This document shows, in pieces, positions 19,230 to 29,575 of a stretch of 64,000 nucleotides of DNA. Source of the DNA: an uncultured Gammaproteobacteria bacterium (GTDB lineage: Bacteria > Pseudomonadota > Gammaproteobacteria > Steroidobacterales > Steroidobacteraceae). Below the pieces are notes generated by a model that saw only the letters and a program-made list of their open reading frames with translations, did not search any database and was not told where the DNA came from. Numbering within the stretch: position 1 is the first letter of the stretch; each line of letters begins with the position of its first letter. The translations under genes and the position numbers were made by a program. The stretch is taken from contig CAVQKW010000008.1 in assembly GCA_963713175.1 (NCBI GenBank), positions 60,281 to 124,280 on the forward strand, written 5' to 3'.

Positions 19230-19924
19230 CCCCGTCCGAACACCCGCACCGCCGCGCCGTTCACCGCACGGGCGGCATCCGAGGCCAGGAATAACACCAC
19301 ATCCGCGACCGCATCGGGGTGCACCCAGCGCGTGAGGTCGGCGTCGGGCATCGCAGCCCGATTGGCCGGTGTATCGATGGTTCCCGGCAGGATGGCGTTG
19401 ACGGTGATGTGGCGGTCGCGGAGCTCCGCGGCAAGCGCTTCCGTCAGCCGCTCGACTCCGGCCTTCGAGGCGGTGTAGGCCCCCATGCCCGCGCCGGCCC
19501 TGGCAGCCCCGCCGGCGCCGACGTTGATGACGCGTCCCCCGCCACCGGCGATGAGGTGCGGCAGCGCCGCCTTCGAGGCGACGACCGCCGTCTTGAGATT
19601 CACGGTGAACATCAGCTCCCAGGTCGCGACGTCGCCGTCTTCGAGCTTCTCGTAGCGAAAGCCCCCAGCGATGTTGACCAGCACGCCGACCCCACCGGTG
19701 CGCGCGACGATCGCCCCGAGCGCGCCGTCCGCCGCCGCCTGGCTCGCAAGGTCGACGCCCCCGATGAGCACGTGCGGCGCGCCGAACTCGCCTGCGGCCC
19801 AATCCGGCACCGCGGCGCGATCGAGGAGCCCGAGCCGTGCGCCGTGCGCGGCGAAGCGCCGCGCGACGGCGGCGCCGAGTGCGCCGAAGGCACCGGTCAC
19901 GACGACGGTAGGGTCTTGCGGCAT
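19226..19924 (-). CDS. SDR family oxidoreductase
   Basis: ATG at 19924 (MPQDPTVVVTGAFGALG, TGxxGxxG). Catalytic YTASK motif. The upstream part of ORF 19226-20569 is run-on. Confidence 0.85.
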   Translation of the reverse strand: MPQDPTVVVTGAFGALGAAVARRFAAHGARLGLLDRAAVPDWAAGEFGAPHVLIGGVDLASQAAADGALGAIVARTGGVGVLVNIAGGFRYEKLEDGDVATWELMFTVNLKTAVVASKAALPHLIAGGGGRVINVGAGGAARAGAGMGAYTASKAGVERLTEALAAELRDRHITVNAILPGTIDTPANRAAMPDADLTRWVHPDAVADVVLFLASDAARAVNGAAVRVFGRG

Positions 19925-20508
19925 GAGAAGATCTCCACGAGGTGAAAGTACGAGGCGGCGTGCCCCGGGGTGAGGTGGCCCTGCCCCCCGGCATCGATCA
20001 GCACCGCATCGAGCGGCGCCAGCTCGATCTGCCCGCCCTCGAAGCCCAGGCGCAACTGCGTGCCCGCCAGCAGCAGCGTCGTATCCGCAGACGCCACCAC
20101 CGCAACGGCTGCGCCCACTTCGTGACGCGTGAGTCGGGACGCGAAGCGCTCGCGGCGCGTCATGACATTGAGGTCGGTCACTGCAGCGGCGCCGGGCGTG
20201 GCGTAGACCGCAGCCTCGCCCGGGAAGGTCAACGGCGGTGACTCGGGTGCAAGGTGCGTCGTCTTTCCGTCGATCGAGATCGACACGGTTCCGTGCAGTA
20301 TCGCCATGCGACGCTCCACTTCCGGAAACACGGAGAAGGGCCCCGCGACCCGAATCTGCGCGATGCTCACGCGCCAGTCGAAGCTCGCCAGGTCGCATCC
20401 CGCGGGATGCACCGCGACCTCGTGCGTCAACCCGCCGCCGTTCTTCCAGGGAACCGCGGCGCGTTGTGCGGCCCGCAGCACCCGCAGGACATCCCCCGCG
20501 CGCGCCAC
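19897..20508 (-). CDS. HutD/Ves family protein
   Basis: 203 aa. N-terminal VPWKNGGGLTHEV motif typical of HutD. Confidence 0.7.
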   Translation of the reverse strand: MARAGDVLRVLRAAQRAAVPWKNGGGLTHEVAVHPAGCDLASFDWRVSIAQIRVAGPFSVFPEVERRMAILHGTVSISIDGKTTHLAPESPPLTFPGEAAVYATPGAAAVTDLNVMTRRERFASRLTRHEVGAAVAVVASADTTLLLAGTQLRLGFEGGQIELAPLDAVLIDAGGQGHLTPGHAASYFHLVEIFSCRKTLPSS

Positions 20509-20520
20509 GCCTTAAGGCTC

Positions 20521-22644
20521 CTAGCCTCCCCCGAGCCGCTGCTTCAGGTACACGAAGCTCAGCGCCCACATCTCGGCCGCCTGTTTGTGGTTGGCCGCGG
20601 CGGCATGTCCGCCATCGGTATTCTCGTAGAAGAGCACGGTGTGACCCTGCTCCTCCATGCGCGCCGCCATCTTGCGTGCATGCACGGGTGTCACACGGTC
20701 GTCGCTGGTGGCGGTCACGAAGAACACCGGCGGATAGCGCCGCTCCTTTCTCACGTTCTGATAGGGGGAGTACTTGAGGATCCAGGCGCGATCGGCCGGC
20801 TTATCCGGGTCGCCGTACTCGGCCTCCCAGGAGGCGCCTGCGCCGATGTGGGTATAGCGGATCATGTCGATGAGCGGAACCTGGCACACCACCGCTGCGA
20901 ACAGCTCCGGCCGCTCCACCATGTTGGCGGATACCAGGAGGCCTCCGTTCGAGCCGCCCATGATGCCGAGCTGGCGCGCCGTGGTGATGCCGCGCTTCAC
21001 GATGTCCTGCGCCACGGCCTGAAAGTCGTCATAGGCCTTCTGGCGGTTCTCGAGCAGCGCCGCTTGGTGCCACGCGGGACCGTACTCACCGCCGCCGCGG
21101 ATGTTGGCCACCACGTAGACCCCGCCGCGCGTGAGCCACAGCATGCCGAAATTCGCCGAGTAGCCCGGGGTGAGAGAGATCTCGAACCCGCCGTAACCGT
21201 ACAGCACGGTCGGCGCGGGCCCTTTCAGATCGCGCGCGCGAGTCACGAAATACGGAACCCGCGTGCCATCCTTGGAGGTCGCGAAGAACTGCTCGGTGAG
21301 GAGGTTCGAGGCATCGAAGCGCGCCGGGAGCGACTTGATCGCCACCGGCTTGCCCTCCCCGGCATCTGCATAGAGCGTAGTCGGCGTGGTGTAGCTCTCG
21401 TAGCGGAACTGAGCCTCGGGGCCCCAGGTGTTGGTGGTCACCAGGTGAGTCGAGCCCGCCGACGGCAGCGCAAGCGTCGCGTCGCTCCAGGTGTGGTTGT
21501 CGCGCGGGCGGAACACGTGGATGCTGCCCGTGACATCGTGGTTGATCGAGGCGTAGACCGCATCGCGCCCGGCCATCACCTCGTCGATGGCACTGTGCGT
21601 GTCCGGGGTGTAGAGCACCGCGACTGCGCCATCGGCCACAGCCGGCGTGCCCTTCGGTATCGTGTAGGCGATGAGCGAGCCCTTGGGAATGAGAGCACCG
21701 CCCGGGGGCGTCCAGTCCTCGCGCAGGGTAAAGATGAGGTGATCGCCCTGCGCGGTCTTGAGATCTGCGCCGAGGGGCAGCGGCAGACGCAGTGTCGCGC
21801 CGTCGGGTGAGATCGCGTAGTACTCGGCGGTGAAGAAACTGGGGGCGCGCTGTACCAGGGCGATCGTACCGGCCGGATCGTGGAAGACGACGCCGGCGGA
21901 GGCCACGTCACTCGCCTCGCCCTGGTATATCGTGCGCGCCTGCGCCATCGGCTCGCCGCGCTTCCACAGCTTCACCACCCGCGGATAGCCCGAGGTCGTC
22001 ATCGAGCCGGGGCCGAAGTCGGTGCCGAACAGCACCGTGTCCTCATCGAGCCAGGTGATCGAGGACTTCGCCTCGGTGAGCTCGAATCCGCCCTTCACGA
22101 ACCCCTTCGCCTGCGGATCGAACTCGCGCACCACCACCGCATCACCGCCGCCGCGCGACAGCTGCAGGAGGCAACGCGCCAGCGAGGGCGTGCACTCCGC
22201 GCCCTTCCACACCCAGTTCTCGTGCTCATCCTGCGCGAGCTTGTCGAGGTCCAGGAGCGTGTCCCAGGTCGGGGAAGGATTGGCATAGTCGGGAATGGTC
22301 GTGCGCCGCCAGATGCCCTTCGGATGCCCGGCGTCCTGCCAGAAATTGAAGACGTACTGATGCTCGAGATCGCCGTAGGGAATCCGGTCGGTCGCATCCA
22401 GCACCTTGAGGATCGCGTCGTAGTCCTTCTGGTAGTCGGGGTCCGACTGCAGCACGGCAGTCGACCTGGCGTTCTGCGCCTTCACCCACTGCATCGCCTT
22501 GTCGCCGTGGATGTCCTCGAGCCACAGGTAGGGATCGGAGGCCCCCGCCGTGTGATGATCCTTGTCCACTTTTGCTCCTGCTAAGGCCACCGCACCGATG
22601 AAAGTGGCGAGCACCGCCACCATGAGAAAGTCCCGTCCCTTCAT
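20521..22644 (-). CDS. prolyl oligopeptidase family (S9A) serine peptidase, secreted
   Basis: Start at MKGRDFLMVAVLATFIGAVALAGA (22644). Beta-propeller N-domain. Catalytic GGSNGGLL and C-terminal DDRV...GHA. Confidence 0.9.
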   Translation of the reverse strand: MKGRDFLMVAVLATFIGAVALAGAKVDKDHHTAGASDPYLWLEDIHGDKAMQWVKAQNARSTAVLQSDPDYQKDYDAILKVLDATDRIPYGDLEHQYVFNFWQDAGHPKGIWRRTTIPDYANPSPTWDTLLDLDKLAQDEHENWVWKGAECTPSLARCLLQLSRGGGDAVVVREFDPQAKGFVKGGFELTEAKSSITWLDEDTVLFGTDFGPGSMTTSGYPRVVKLWKRGEPMAQARTIYQGEASDVASAGVVFHDPAGTIALVQRAPSFFTAEYYAISPDGATLRLPLPLGADLKTAQGDHLIFTLREDWTPPGGALIPKGSLIAYTIPKGTPAVADGAVAVLYTPDTHSAIDEVMAGRDAVYASINHDVTGSIHVFRPRDNHTWSDATLALPSAGSTHLVTTNTWGPEAQFRYESYTTPTTLYADAGEGKPVAIKSLPARFDASNLLTEQFFATSKDGTRVPYFVTRARDLKGPAPTVLYGYGGFEISLTPGYSANFGMLWLTRGGVYVVANIRGGGEYGPAWHQAALLENRQKAYDDFQAVAQDIVKRGITTARQLGIMGGSNGGLLVSANMVERPELFAAVVCQVPLIDMIRYTHIGAGASWEAEYGDPDKPADRAWILKYSPYQNVRKERRYPPVFFVTATSDDRVTPVHARKMAARMEEQGHTVLFYENTDGGHAAAANHKQAAEMWALSFVYLKQRLGGG

Positions 22645-22664
22645 GTCCGTACCCCGCCGTATGG

Positions 22665-23957
22665 TCAGGTGTGCGCGTAGGCCGCCGGGCGGCGTGCGAA
22701 GATGCCGAAGCCGCAGATCACCGCATAGCAGATCGCCGGAACGATCAGTGCGGTTTTGAGGTCCGTGAGATCGGCTACGCGGCCCGTGATCCACGGAATC
22801 ACCGCCCCGCCGACGATTGCCACGCAGATGATTCCGGAGGCCTCGGCAGCCTTCGGCCCGAGCCCCTCACAGGCGAGCGTGAAGATGGTCGGAAACATGA
22901 TGGAGTTGAAGAGCCCGATGGCAAGATACGACCAGCCGGATACAAGTCCGACGGTATTGGCGGAGATGAGGATCAGCACGATCGCCACCGCGGCGTGGCA
23001 TGCCAGCACCTTACCGGGTGAGAAAATGCGCAGCGTATAGGCGCCGATGAAGCGCCCGACCATGGCACCGCCCCAGTAGAAGATGATGTGTTTGCCCGCG
23101 GCCTCCGACCCCATCGCCAGCACGCTCGACTGCATCAGGTAGTTGACGATCAGCGAGCCGATCGCGACCTCGCCGCCCACATAAACAAAGATGCACAAGG
23201 TGCCGTAGCTGAAGCGCGGGAGCTTCAGGAGATTCAGATAGTGCCTCAGTGTCGGCATCTCGCTCGGCGCCTCAACCAGCTTGTTGCGGGCGATCCACAC
23301 GGCGGCTGCGATCAGGGTGAGCGCGATGGCGAGACCTATGTAGGTACGCACGACGACCTGGGTCTCCTGGGTGCGAAACGCGGCGAGCGCATGGCCGAAG
23401 AGCTTGGTGGGGTCGACCAGGGAGAGAGATCCGAGGATCAGCATCGACCCGACGTAGGGAAAGATCGTGGTTCCGAGTGAGTTGAAGGCCTGCGCGAAGG
23501 TGAGGCGGCTGTGCGCGGTCTGGGGACGGCCCAGCATCGAGATGAGAGGGTTCGCCACGACCTGCACGATGGTGATGCCGGCGCCCAGCACGAAGATGGC
23601 GCCCAGGAAGGCGATGAACAGGCCCAACGAGGAGGCCGGTATGAACAGCAGGCACCCGGCGGTCATGGTCAGGAGGCCGAGCGCCGCGGTGCGCATGTAG
23701 CCGATGCGCGCCACGATCGCGGCGCCCGGAATCGAGATAAGGAAGTAGGCGATGAAGAACGCAAAGTTCACCAGCATCGCCTGAGCGTAGTTCAGCGTGA
23801 AGAGCGCCTTTAGCTTCGGCACGAGCACGTCGTTCAAGCTCGTGATGCCGCCGAACATGAAAAAGAGCGCGAACACGAACAGGCGCAGCGTCCGCACCGA
23901 GGACTCGGGCATGGCCGCATTCGCACCCGCACTCTGCCGCATGACTGTATTAACCAC
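22665..23957 (-). CDS. sugar MFS transporter (FucP / glucose-galactose transporter family)
   Basis: Intact 430 aa with 12 TM segments. FFMFGGITSLNDVLVPKLK is the family N-terminal signature. Confidence 0.85.
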   Translation of the reverse strand: MVNTVMRQSAGANAAMPESSVRTLRLFVFALFFMFGGITSLNDVLVPKLKALFTLNYAQAMLVNFAFFIAYFLISIPGAAIVARIGYMRTAALGLLTMTAGCLLFIPASSLGLFIAFLGAIFVLGAGITIVQVVANPLISMLGRPQTAHSRLTFAQAFNSLGTTIFPYVGSMLILGSLSLVDPTKLFGHALAAFRTQETQVVVRTYIGLAIALTLIAAAVWIARNKLVEAPSEMPTLRHYLNLLKLPRFSYGTLCIFVYVGGEVAIGSLIVNYLMQSSVLAMGSEAAGKHIIFYWGGAMVGRFIGAYTLRIFSPGKVLACHAAVAIVLILISANTVGLVSGWSYLAIGLFNSIMFPTIFTLACEGLGPKAAEASGIICVAIVGGAVIPWITGRVADLTDLKTALIVPAICYAVICGFGIFARRPAAYAHT

Positions 23958-23972
23958 AGGCTCTCCTCATCT

Positions 23973-25656
23973 CTATTTGCAGTGCCCCGCGGCCGCCTGC
24001 ACCGGATACAGCGCCACCAGTCGCCTCGTGACCCCGTTGGTCCAGCCGAAGCCATCCTGGGTCGGATACTCGCCCCCGCCCCCGGGGCGGCCGACGTCGG
24101 TCACGTCGTATTTCTCGACCAGCTTGCCGCTTTGCTGATAGACGCGCCTGACGTTCAGCATCCAGCGGCAGGCGATATTCTCCGCTAGTTCATCCTCCCC
24201 GTAACGCCGCAGGCCCTCCACCGCGACCCACTGCAGCGGCGCCCAGCCGTTGGGAGCATCCCATTGCTGCCCGGTGGCGAGCGCCGTGGTAACGATTCCG
24301 CCTGGTTTCAGGAGCGTGCGCGCGACGGCAGCCGCGACGGCGGTGGCCTGCTGCCTGGAAGCACAGCCGAGGAACAGCGGGTAGAGCGTCGCCGCCGAGA
24401 TACGCGGCACCCGCGCACCTTCCGTCCAGTGGTAATCCAGATACGCGCCTGCGGACGCATCCCACAGGTAGCGATCGATGGCCTCGCGGCGCTGGCGGGC
24501 GCGGTGCGCAAACTCTACGGCGCAGCCGTGCTCGCCGTGCTGCTCGCAACCAGCCTCGATCGCCACCTCGAGGCCGTAGAGAAGACTATTGAGATCGACC
24601 GGGACGATCTGCGTGGTATCGATCGTCGCCTGGGTGTGCCCATCGGCAAACCAGCGGGAGCTGAAGTCCCAGCCGCTCTCGGCCGCCGCGCGGATGTTGC
24701 GATACATCTCGGACGCAGAGCGGCCGCTGCCGCGCGCGAGTTGCGTGTCCTCGCGATAGGACTCGTCGCGTGGCGTGTCGCGATCGTCCCAGTAGCGGTT
24801 GAGGATCGCGCCGTCGGGCATCGCGACCACGCGACGGTGCGCGCTACCGGCGCGCAGCTGGCCCTCGCCTTGCATCCAGAAGGCGTACTCGCGCTTCAGT
24901 TGCGGCAGGTAGCGCGCATAGGCTCCGGCCGGGTGCTCCGGCGAGAGCAGCCCGACCATTTCGAAGAAAAACGGCGGCTGTGAGCGGCTCAGGTAGTAGG
25001 TGCGCGTGCCGTTCGGCACGTGACCGTAGCGATCGATGAGGTAGGCGAAGTCTCGCACCATGTCCTCGACCAGGTCGTGCCGCCCGCTCTCGAGCCAGTC
25101 CCAGCATGGTGAAGTACGAGTCCCAGTAATAGATCTCGCGGAACCGGCCGCCCGGGACCACGTAGGGGGCAGGCAGTGGCAGGAGCGAGGAGTACGGCGG
25201 CGCGCTGGGTGTGTCGCGGGTCAGTCGATTCCACAGCCCATCGATATGCGCGATGATCGAGGTCTCGGCGGGAGCGGAAGCGACCGGGGCAGGCTGCGCG
25301 GGCAGCTGAAAGTGCGCCGCGACGAAACTGCGCAAGGCGTCTGCCGAATCGGGGTGCGCGGCGTGGTACTGGGCGAGAATCACCTCGGGGGCCGCATCCG
25401 GTATGGCGTCCACGAACGTCTTGCCGTCCCCATACAGCGCCGCGCTCTGCACCGCATCGAACAGGTCCTTGAAGAGCACTTCCGGCGGCGGGGGATAGTC
25501 CCCGGGTGTCGCAGGCGGCAGGCGGGCCGGCGCGCGCGCCGGGAGCGCGACGGTGAGCAGCACCAGCATCATGAACGCAGCGCACCGGGGAGCCCCGAAG
25601 CTCAACCGGCGCGGGGCCGGATGCGCGGCGCAAGTCGATCCGGCTACTTCTCCCAT
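23973..25656 (-). pseudogene. treA: periplasmic trehalase (GH37), one frameshift near 25065
   Basis: N-part in ORF 24844-25878 (PGGRFREIYYWDSYFTMLGL) and C-part in ORF 23973-25061 (RSQPPFFFEMV...QWDAPNGWAPLQW...GGGEYPTQDGFGWTNGV). The start is 25656 or 25572. Confidence 0.85.
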
Positions 25657-26140
25657 GATTCGGTGGGCACGTCCGGCGGCGGCGGCAGCGAGCGCAGGTA
25701 GGTCACCAGCGTCCAGACGCCCTCCGCGCCCAGCGCGCCGCCGAAGGCCGGCATGCCCTTGGGACGGCCGTAGTAGATCGAGGTAGAAGATCTCCTCGTC
25801 CGCCCCGCCATAGCGCCAGCGGCCGTCGCCGAGACTCGGGCCGACCCAGCCGGCGGCCTCCGCAGCCATGGCAGCCATCGCAGTTCATCGCGGTGAACAG
25901 CTGCGCGCCGTTGCTGGCTACCGCCGCGTCCCCTGCGTGCGGGTTACGCAGCTGTGCCCCCGGCGGGGCGATGCCGCCGGCGGCGACGTGCGCCTCGTAC
26001 GCGATGGCCGGCGGCGCCGCGGCGGACTGCGCTGCGGGCGGCCGGCGGGGCGTGCCGGAGCGCAGGCGGCCAGGAGCGCAGGCACAGCAGGCAGGCCCGG
26101 CTGCAGGTCACGACCGCGTGACGTGGGGAACCAACTGCAT
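25644..26140 (-). pseudogene. class I c-type cytochrome (partner of the PQQ dehydrogenase), at least 2 frameshifts
   Basis: My translation gives ...NGAQLFTAMNCDGCHG (CxxCH), then ...GPSLGDGRWRYGGADEEIFY, then ...GRPKGMPAFGGALGAEGVWTLVTYLRSL, across three frames. The ATG at 26140 follows a GAGGGG RBS, 12 nt after the dehydrogenase stop. Confidence 0.6.
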
Positions 26141-26152
26141 GCGCAGAACCCC

Positions 26153-27951
26153 TCACAGCCCGAATATCCAGACGATGCCGCCCTGGCTCGTGTGACGCGC
26201 GATGTCCTTCTGGAAATCCGCCGGCGCGCCGCACGTCCGCCGGATCATCCGAGCGCGTGTCGCCGGAGATCAGCGCCCAGTCCCCGCCGATACCGGCGTA
26301 GACCGCCACGTACTGCTTGCCATCGGGTCCGCGGTAGGTGATCGGGATTGCCGACGACGCCCGGAGCCCACCTTGAATTTCGAGAGCACCTTGCCGGTGC
26401 GCGCATCGACGGACTTGAACCAGCCGTCGAGGGTGCCGTAGAACGCGACGTCGCCGGCCGTCACCAGCGCGCCGCTCCAGCTGGGAAAGGCCTCCTTGTT
26501 CTCCCACACCTTCTTGCCGCGTGGCCGCATCCCAGGCGATGAACGCACCGAGGTTGCCGCCGGGACCGGCCGCGTACGGGCTGTTCACCCCCACGTAGGG
26601 CGTTCCCCTGCAGGCGCGAGGTGTGCGGCCGCGTAGTCCATGCACAGGTTGTTGGTGGAGGTATAGAAAAGGTCCGTGCGCGGGGAGTACGCCGGCGGGC
26701 GAGGACGGGCTCACCCCGCCCTCGAGGCTCGGGCAGATGCCCTTGACGTTGCCCTTGGAGGCGCCGGTCTGCTTGGCGGGATCGAGCACCGGGCGGCCGG
26801 TCGCGAGGTCCACCGACTTCGCCCAGTTCACGTGCACGAACGCGGTGGCGCTGATCAGCAGCTGCCCGGTCTGGCGCGATCGAGCGTGTAGGCGAAGCCG
26901 TTCTTGTCGAAGTGCACCAGCGCCTTGGTCGGGCTTGCCGCCGATGGTGAGGTCCGCCAGGACCATCGCCCCGGTCGCGTCGTAGTCCCAGTTGTCGTGC
27001 GGGGTGAACTGGTAGGCCCACACGAGCGCGCCGTCTCTCGGGCCTGCGGGCCAGCACGCTGGTGGTCCACTTGTTGTCCCCGAGCCGCTGCTCGGCGTTG
27101 TAGGGCGCGGCGTTGCCGGTGCCGTAGTAGATGAGATCGAGCTCCGGGTCGTAGGAGATCCAGCCCCACACCGGCGCGCCGCCGGTCTTCCAGCTCGTCA
27201 TTGGCCCAGCTGCTCGCGCCCACGTCGGCGCCGCCCTCGTAGGGCGGCTTGAACTGTCCGGCCTGCGCCAGCATGCCCGCATCGGGCCCGATGTTGCGCG
27301 CCGTCCAGACGATCTGCCCGGTCTTGCAGGTCCAGGCCCTTCAGCCAGCCGTAGATCCCGAACTCACCGCCGGAGGCGCCGACGATGACGCGGTCCTTCA
27401 CCACCAGCGGCGCCATGGTGACCGTCTCGCCCTCGGCCACGTCCGCGATCTGGACCTTCCACAGCTCGCGCCCGATCTTGCGCATCCACCGCCACCGTGT
27501 GCCCGTCGAGCAGGTTGTAGACGATCATTGCCGTCGGCATAGAAGGCGCCGCGGTTGACCGTGTCGCAGCAGGCGACCCCGATCGCGTTGGGGCTGACGT
27601 CCGGGCGGTACTTCCACCGCAGCGGGTAGCCCTCCTTGTCGAGGTCGAACGCGTACAGCACGTTCGGCCATGGGGTGACGACGTACATCGTGTCGCCCAC
27701 CACGAGCGGCTGACCCTCGTGCCCGCCGAGCACCCCGGTGGAGAAGGTCCACACCGGATGCAGCCCGTGGCGTTCCGGGCGTTGATGTCGGCGAGCGCGC
27801 TGTAGCGGGTAGCGGCGTAGTCCTTGGAGGGCATGCGTCCACTGGCCGTCCCCGCGCCCGCATCGGAACCGGCCTCCGTATAGGCTGGCCTGCTGCAGAG
27901 ACTGACTGTGGCGCAGCATAGGAGACCGGTAAGGATGAGCGAGCGTGCCAT
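26153..27951 (-). pseudogene. PQQ-dependent dehydrogenase, methanol/ethanol family, many frameshifts
   Basis: Collinear fragments in ORFs 27364-27972, 27398-28240 (MYVVTPWPNVLYAFDL...GVACCDTVNRGAFYADG), 27198-27485, 26461-27282, 25944-27023 and 26270-26548. The signal peptide is MARSLILTGLLCC. Confidence 0.85.
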
Positions 27952-28019
27952 CGCGGGCGGGATTATTCGCATTGCCAGCGCCGAGAGTAAAGTAGCAGCG
28001 TCCCCCGGGAGTTAACGCT

Positions 28020-28658
28020 ATGCACAGCACCCTGATCCTGGTCACCGCAGCGTATCTGCTGGTCGGCACGAGCACTGCGACGGCCCAGATGCCCGACGCC
28101 ACGAACGCCGAATCGGCCCCCGCCGTCAGGCAGTCTACGGAACCGACCGTGCCGATCGAGCGGTTGATCGCCGCGGTCGCGAAAAAGAGCGGCAAGCTGT
28201 TTATCGTCGACCCGAGAGTGCGTGCCGATGTGGTGCTCATCGGACACCCTGCGTCCGAGCTGACCTACCCGGAGTTCCTCGGCGTGCTCGCGGTGTACGG
28301 GTTTGTGGCGGTGGAGGAAGGACCCTACGTCCGCGTCGTGCCGGATGCCAACGCCCGCGTTCTGCCAGTCCCGACCATCACCCCCAGGGACACACGCCCG
28401 GGAGCGGAGATTGTGAGTGAAGTGATTGCGGTGAAAAACATCTCCGCCGCTCAGCTGGTGCCGATCCTGCGGCCCCTGGTCCCTCAGTACGGCGGCCTCG
28501 TCGCCTTTCCGCAGACCAACTCTCTGATCATCGTGGATCACTTCGACAACGTGCGGCGGGTCGAGGGTATCGTCCGTGAGGTCGACGCGGCCGGGGCCAA
28601 TAGGCCCAAGCCGCCGGCGGAGAGTACTCCGCGCAGCTCCGAGGGCAGCGATAAGTAG
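28020..28658 (+). CDS. secreted protein made only of GspD-like secretin N-terminal domains (N0 + one NolW-like/Secretin_N domain)
   Basis: Signal peptide MHSTLILVTAAYLLVGTSTATAQ. N0-like IERLIAAVAKKSGKLFIVDPRVRADVVLIG...GFVAVEEGPYVRVVP. N1-like VIAVKNISAAQLVPILRPLV...NSLIIVDHFDNVRRVEGIVREVD. It ends in a low-complexity tail with no secretin pore domain. Confidence 0.7.
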   Translation: MHSTLILVTAAYLLVGTSTATAQMPDATNAESAPAVRQSTEPTVPIERLIAAVAKKSGKLFIVDPRVRADVVLIGHPASELTYPEFLGVLAVYGFVAVEEGPYVRVVPDANARVLPVPTITPRDTRPGAEIVSEVIAVKNISAAQLVPILRPLVPQYGGLVAFPQTNSLIIVDHFDNVRRVEGIVREVDAAGANRPKPPAESTPRSSEGSDK

Positions 28659-28688
28659 GCTGCGTTGCGGCGGACTGCCTGCCGGCGC

Positions 28689-29468
28689 TCAGGTCCGCGT
28701 GCGCAGGCGCAGGCTCTCCCAGCTGCCATCGGCCGTCCAGCCTCCGTCCACTGGCAGAGTCGCGCCATTGATGAAACCGCTCTTCTCCCCGTCGGCGAGA
28801 AAAGCGATCGCCTGCGCCACGTCCTCAGGCCGTGCAAAGCGGGCGAGCGGCACACGATCGATGATGTCGGCATCGGTATACGCCCCGCTCCCCTGGTCCG
28901 CGACATCCATCTGCGTCTTGATCCACGCCGGACACACCGCGTTCACCCGTACGCCGCGCCCGCCCCATTCCGCCGCCAGCGTGCGCGTGAGGCCGATCAG
29001 GCCGTGCTTGGAGGTGTTGTAGGCGCTGCGGTGGCTGATGCCTGCCAGCCCCGCTACGGAGGCGACATTGACGATGCTGCCCGATCCGCGCGCGAGCATC
29101 TGCGCGCCGAGGTACTTGGAGAGGAGAAAAGGCCCGAAGAGATTCACCGCCATGACACGCTGCCATTGCTCGGCCGTGGTGTCCTCGGCCGGCGCGATCA
29201 GGCTGATCCCGGCGTTGTTGACCAGCACGTCGAGCGCCCCGCAGTCGGCCTGCACTTTCGCCGCAAGCCCGCGCACGAAGGCTTCGGAAGAGATGTCGCC
29301 CCGCACGGCCGCGACCTTCACGTCGTCAGCCCGCAACTGCCGGGTCGCGGACTCCAGGTCCTGCACGTCGGTCACCACGATGTGGAAGCCGAGCCGTGCG
29401 AGCAGCGACGCCGTCACGAGGCCGAGCCCCTGTGCAGCCCCGGTCACCAGGGCAACCTTCACGCCCAC
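28689..29468 (-). CDS. SDR family oxidoreductase (3-oxoacyl-ACP reductase-like)
   Basis: VALVTGAAQGLG, NNAG and YNTSK motifs; 259 aa intact. Confidence 0.9.
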   Translation of the reverse strand: MGVKVALVTGAAQGLGLVTASLLARLGFHIVVTDVQDLESATRQLRADDVKVAAVRGDISSEAFVRGLAAKVQADCGALDVLVNNAGISLIAPAEDTTAEQWQRVMAVNLFGPFLLSKYLGAQMLARGSGSIVNVASVAGLAGISHRSAYNTSKHGLIGLTRTLAAEWGGRGVRVNAVCPAWIKTQMDVADQGSGAYTDADIIDRVPLARFARPEDVAQAIAFLADGEKSGFINGATLPVDGGWTADGSWESLRLRTRT

Positions 29469-29575
29469 TCTCCGTCAATGCTCGGGCGATCGAACACTCG
29501 AACTCGGTCAGTGCGATCTCGCGGACCGTAGCGGTCAAGGCCCCGGGATGAGATATTCCGCAGTGCTGATCGCAC

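Noticed and set aside
20254-21810. 518-aa plus-strand ORF
   Set aside because: It is antisense to the S9 prolyl oligopeptidase, with shadow-ORF composition.
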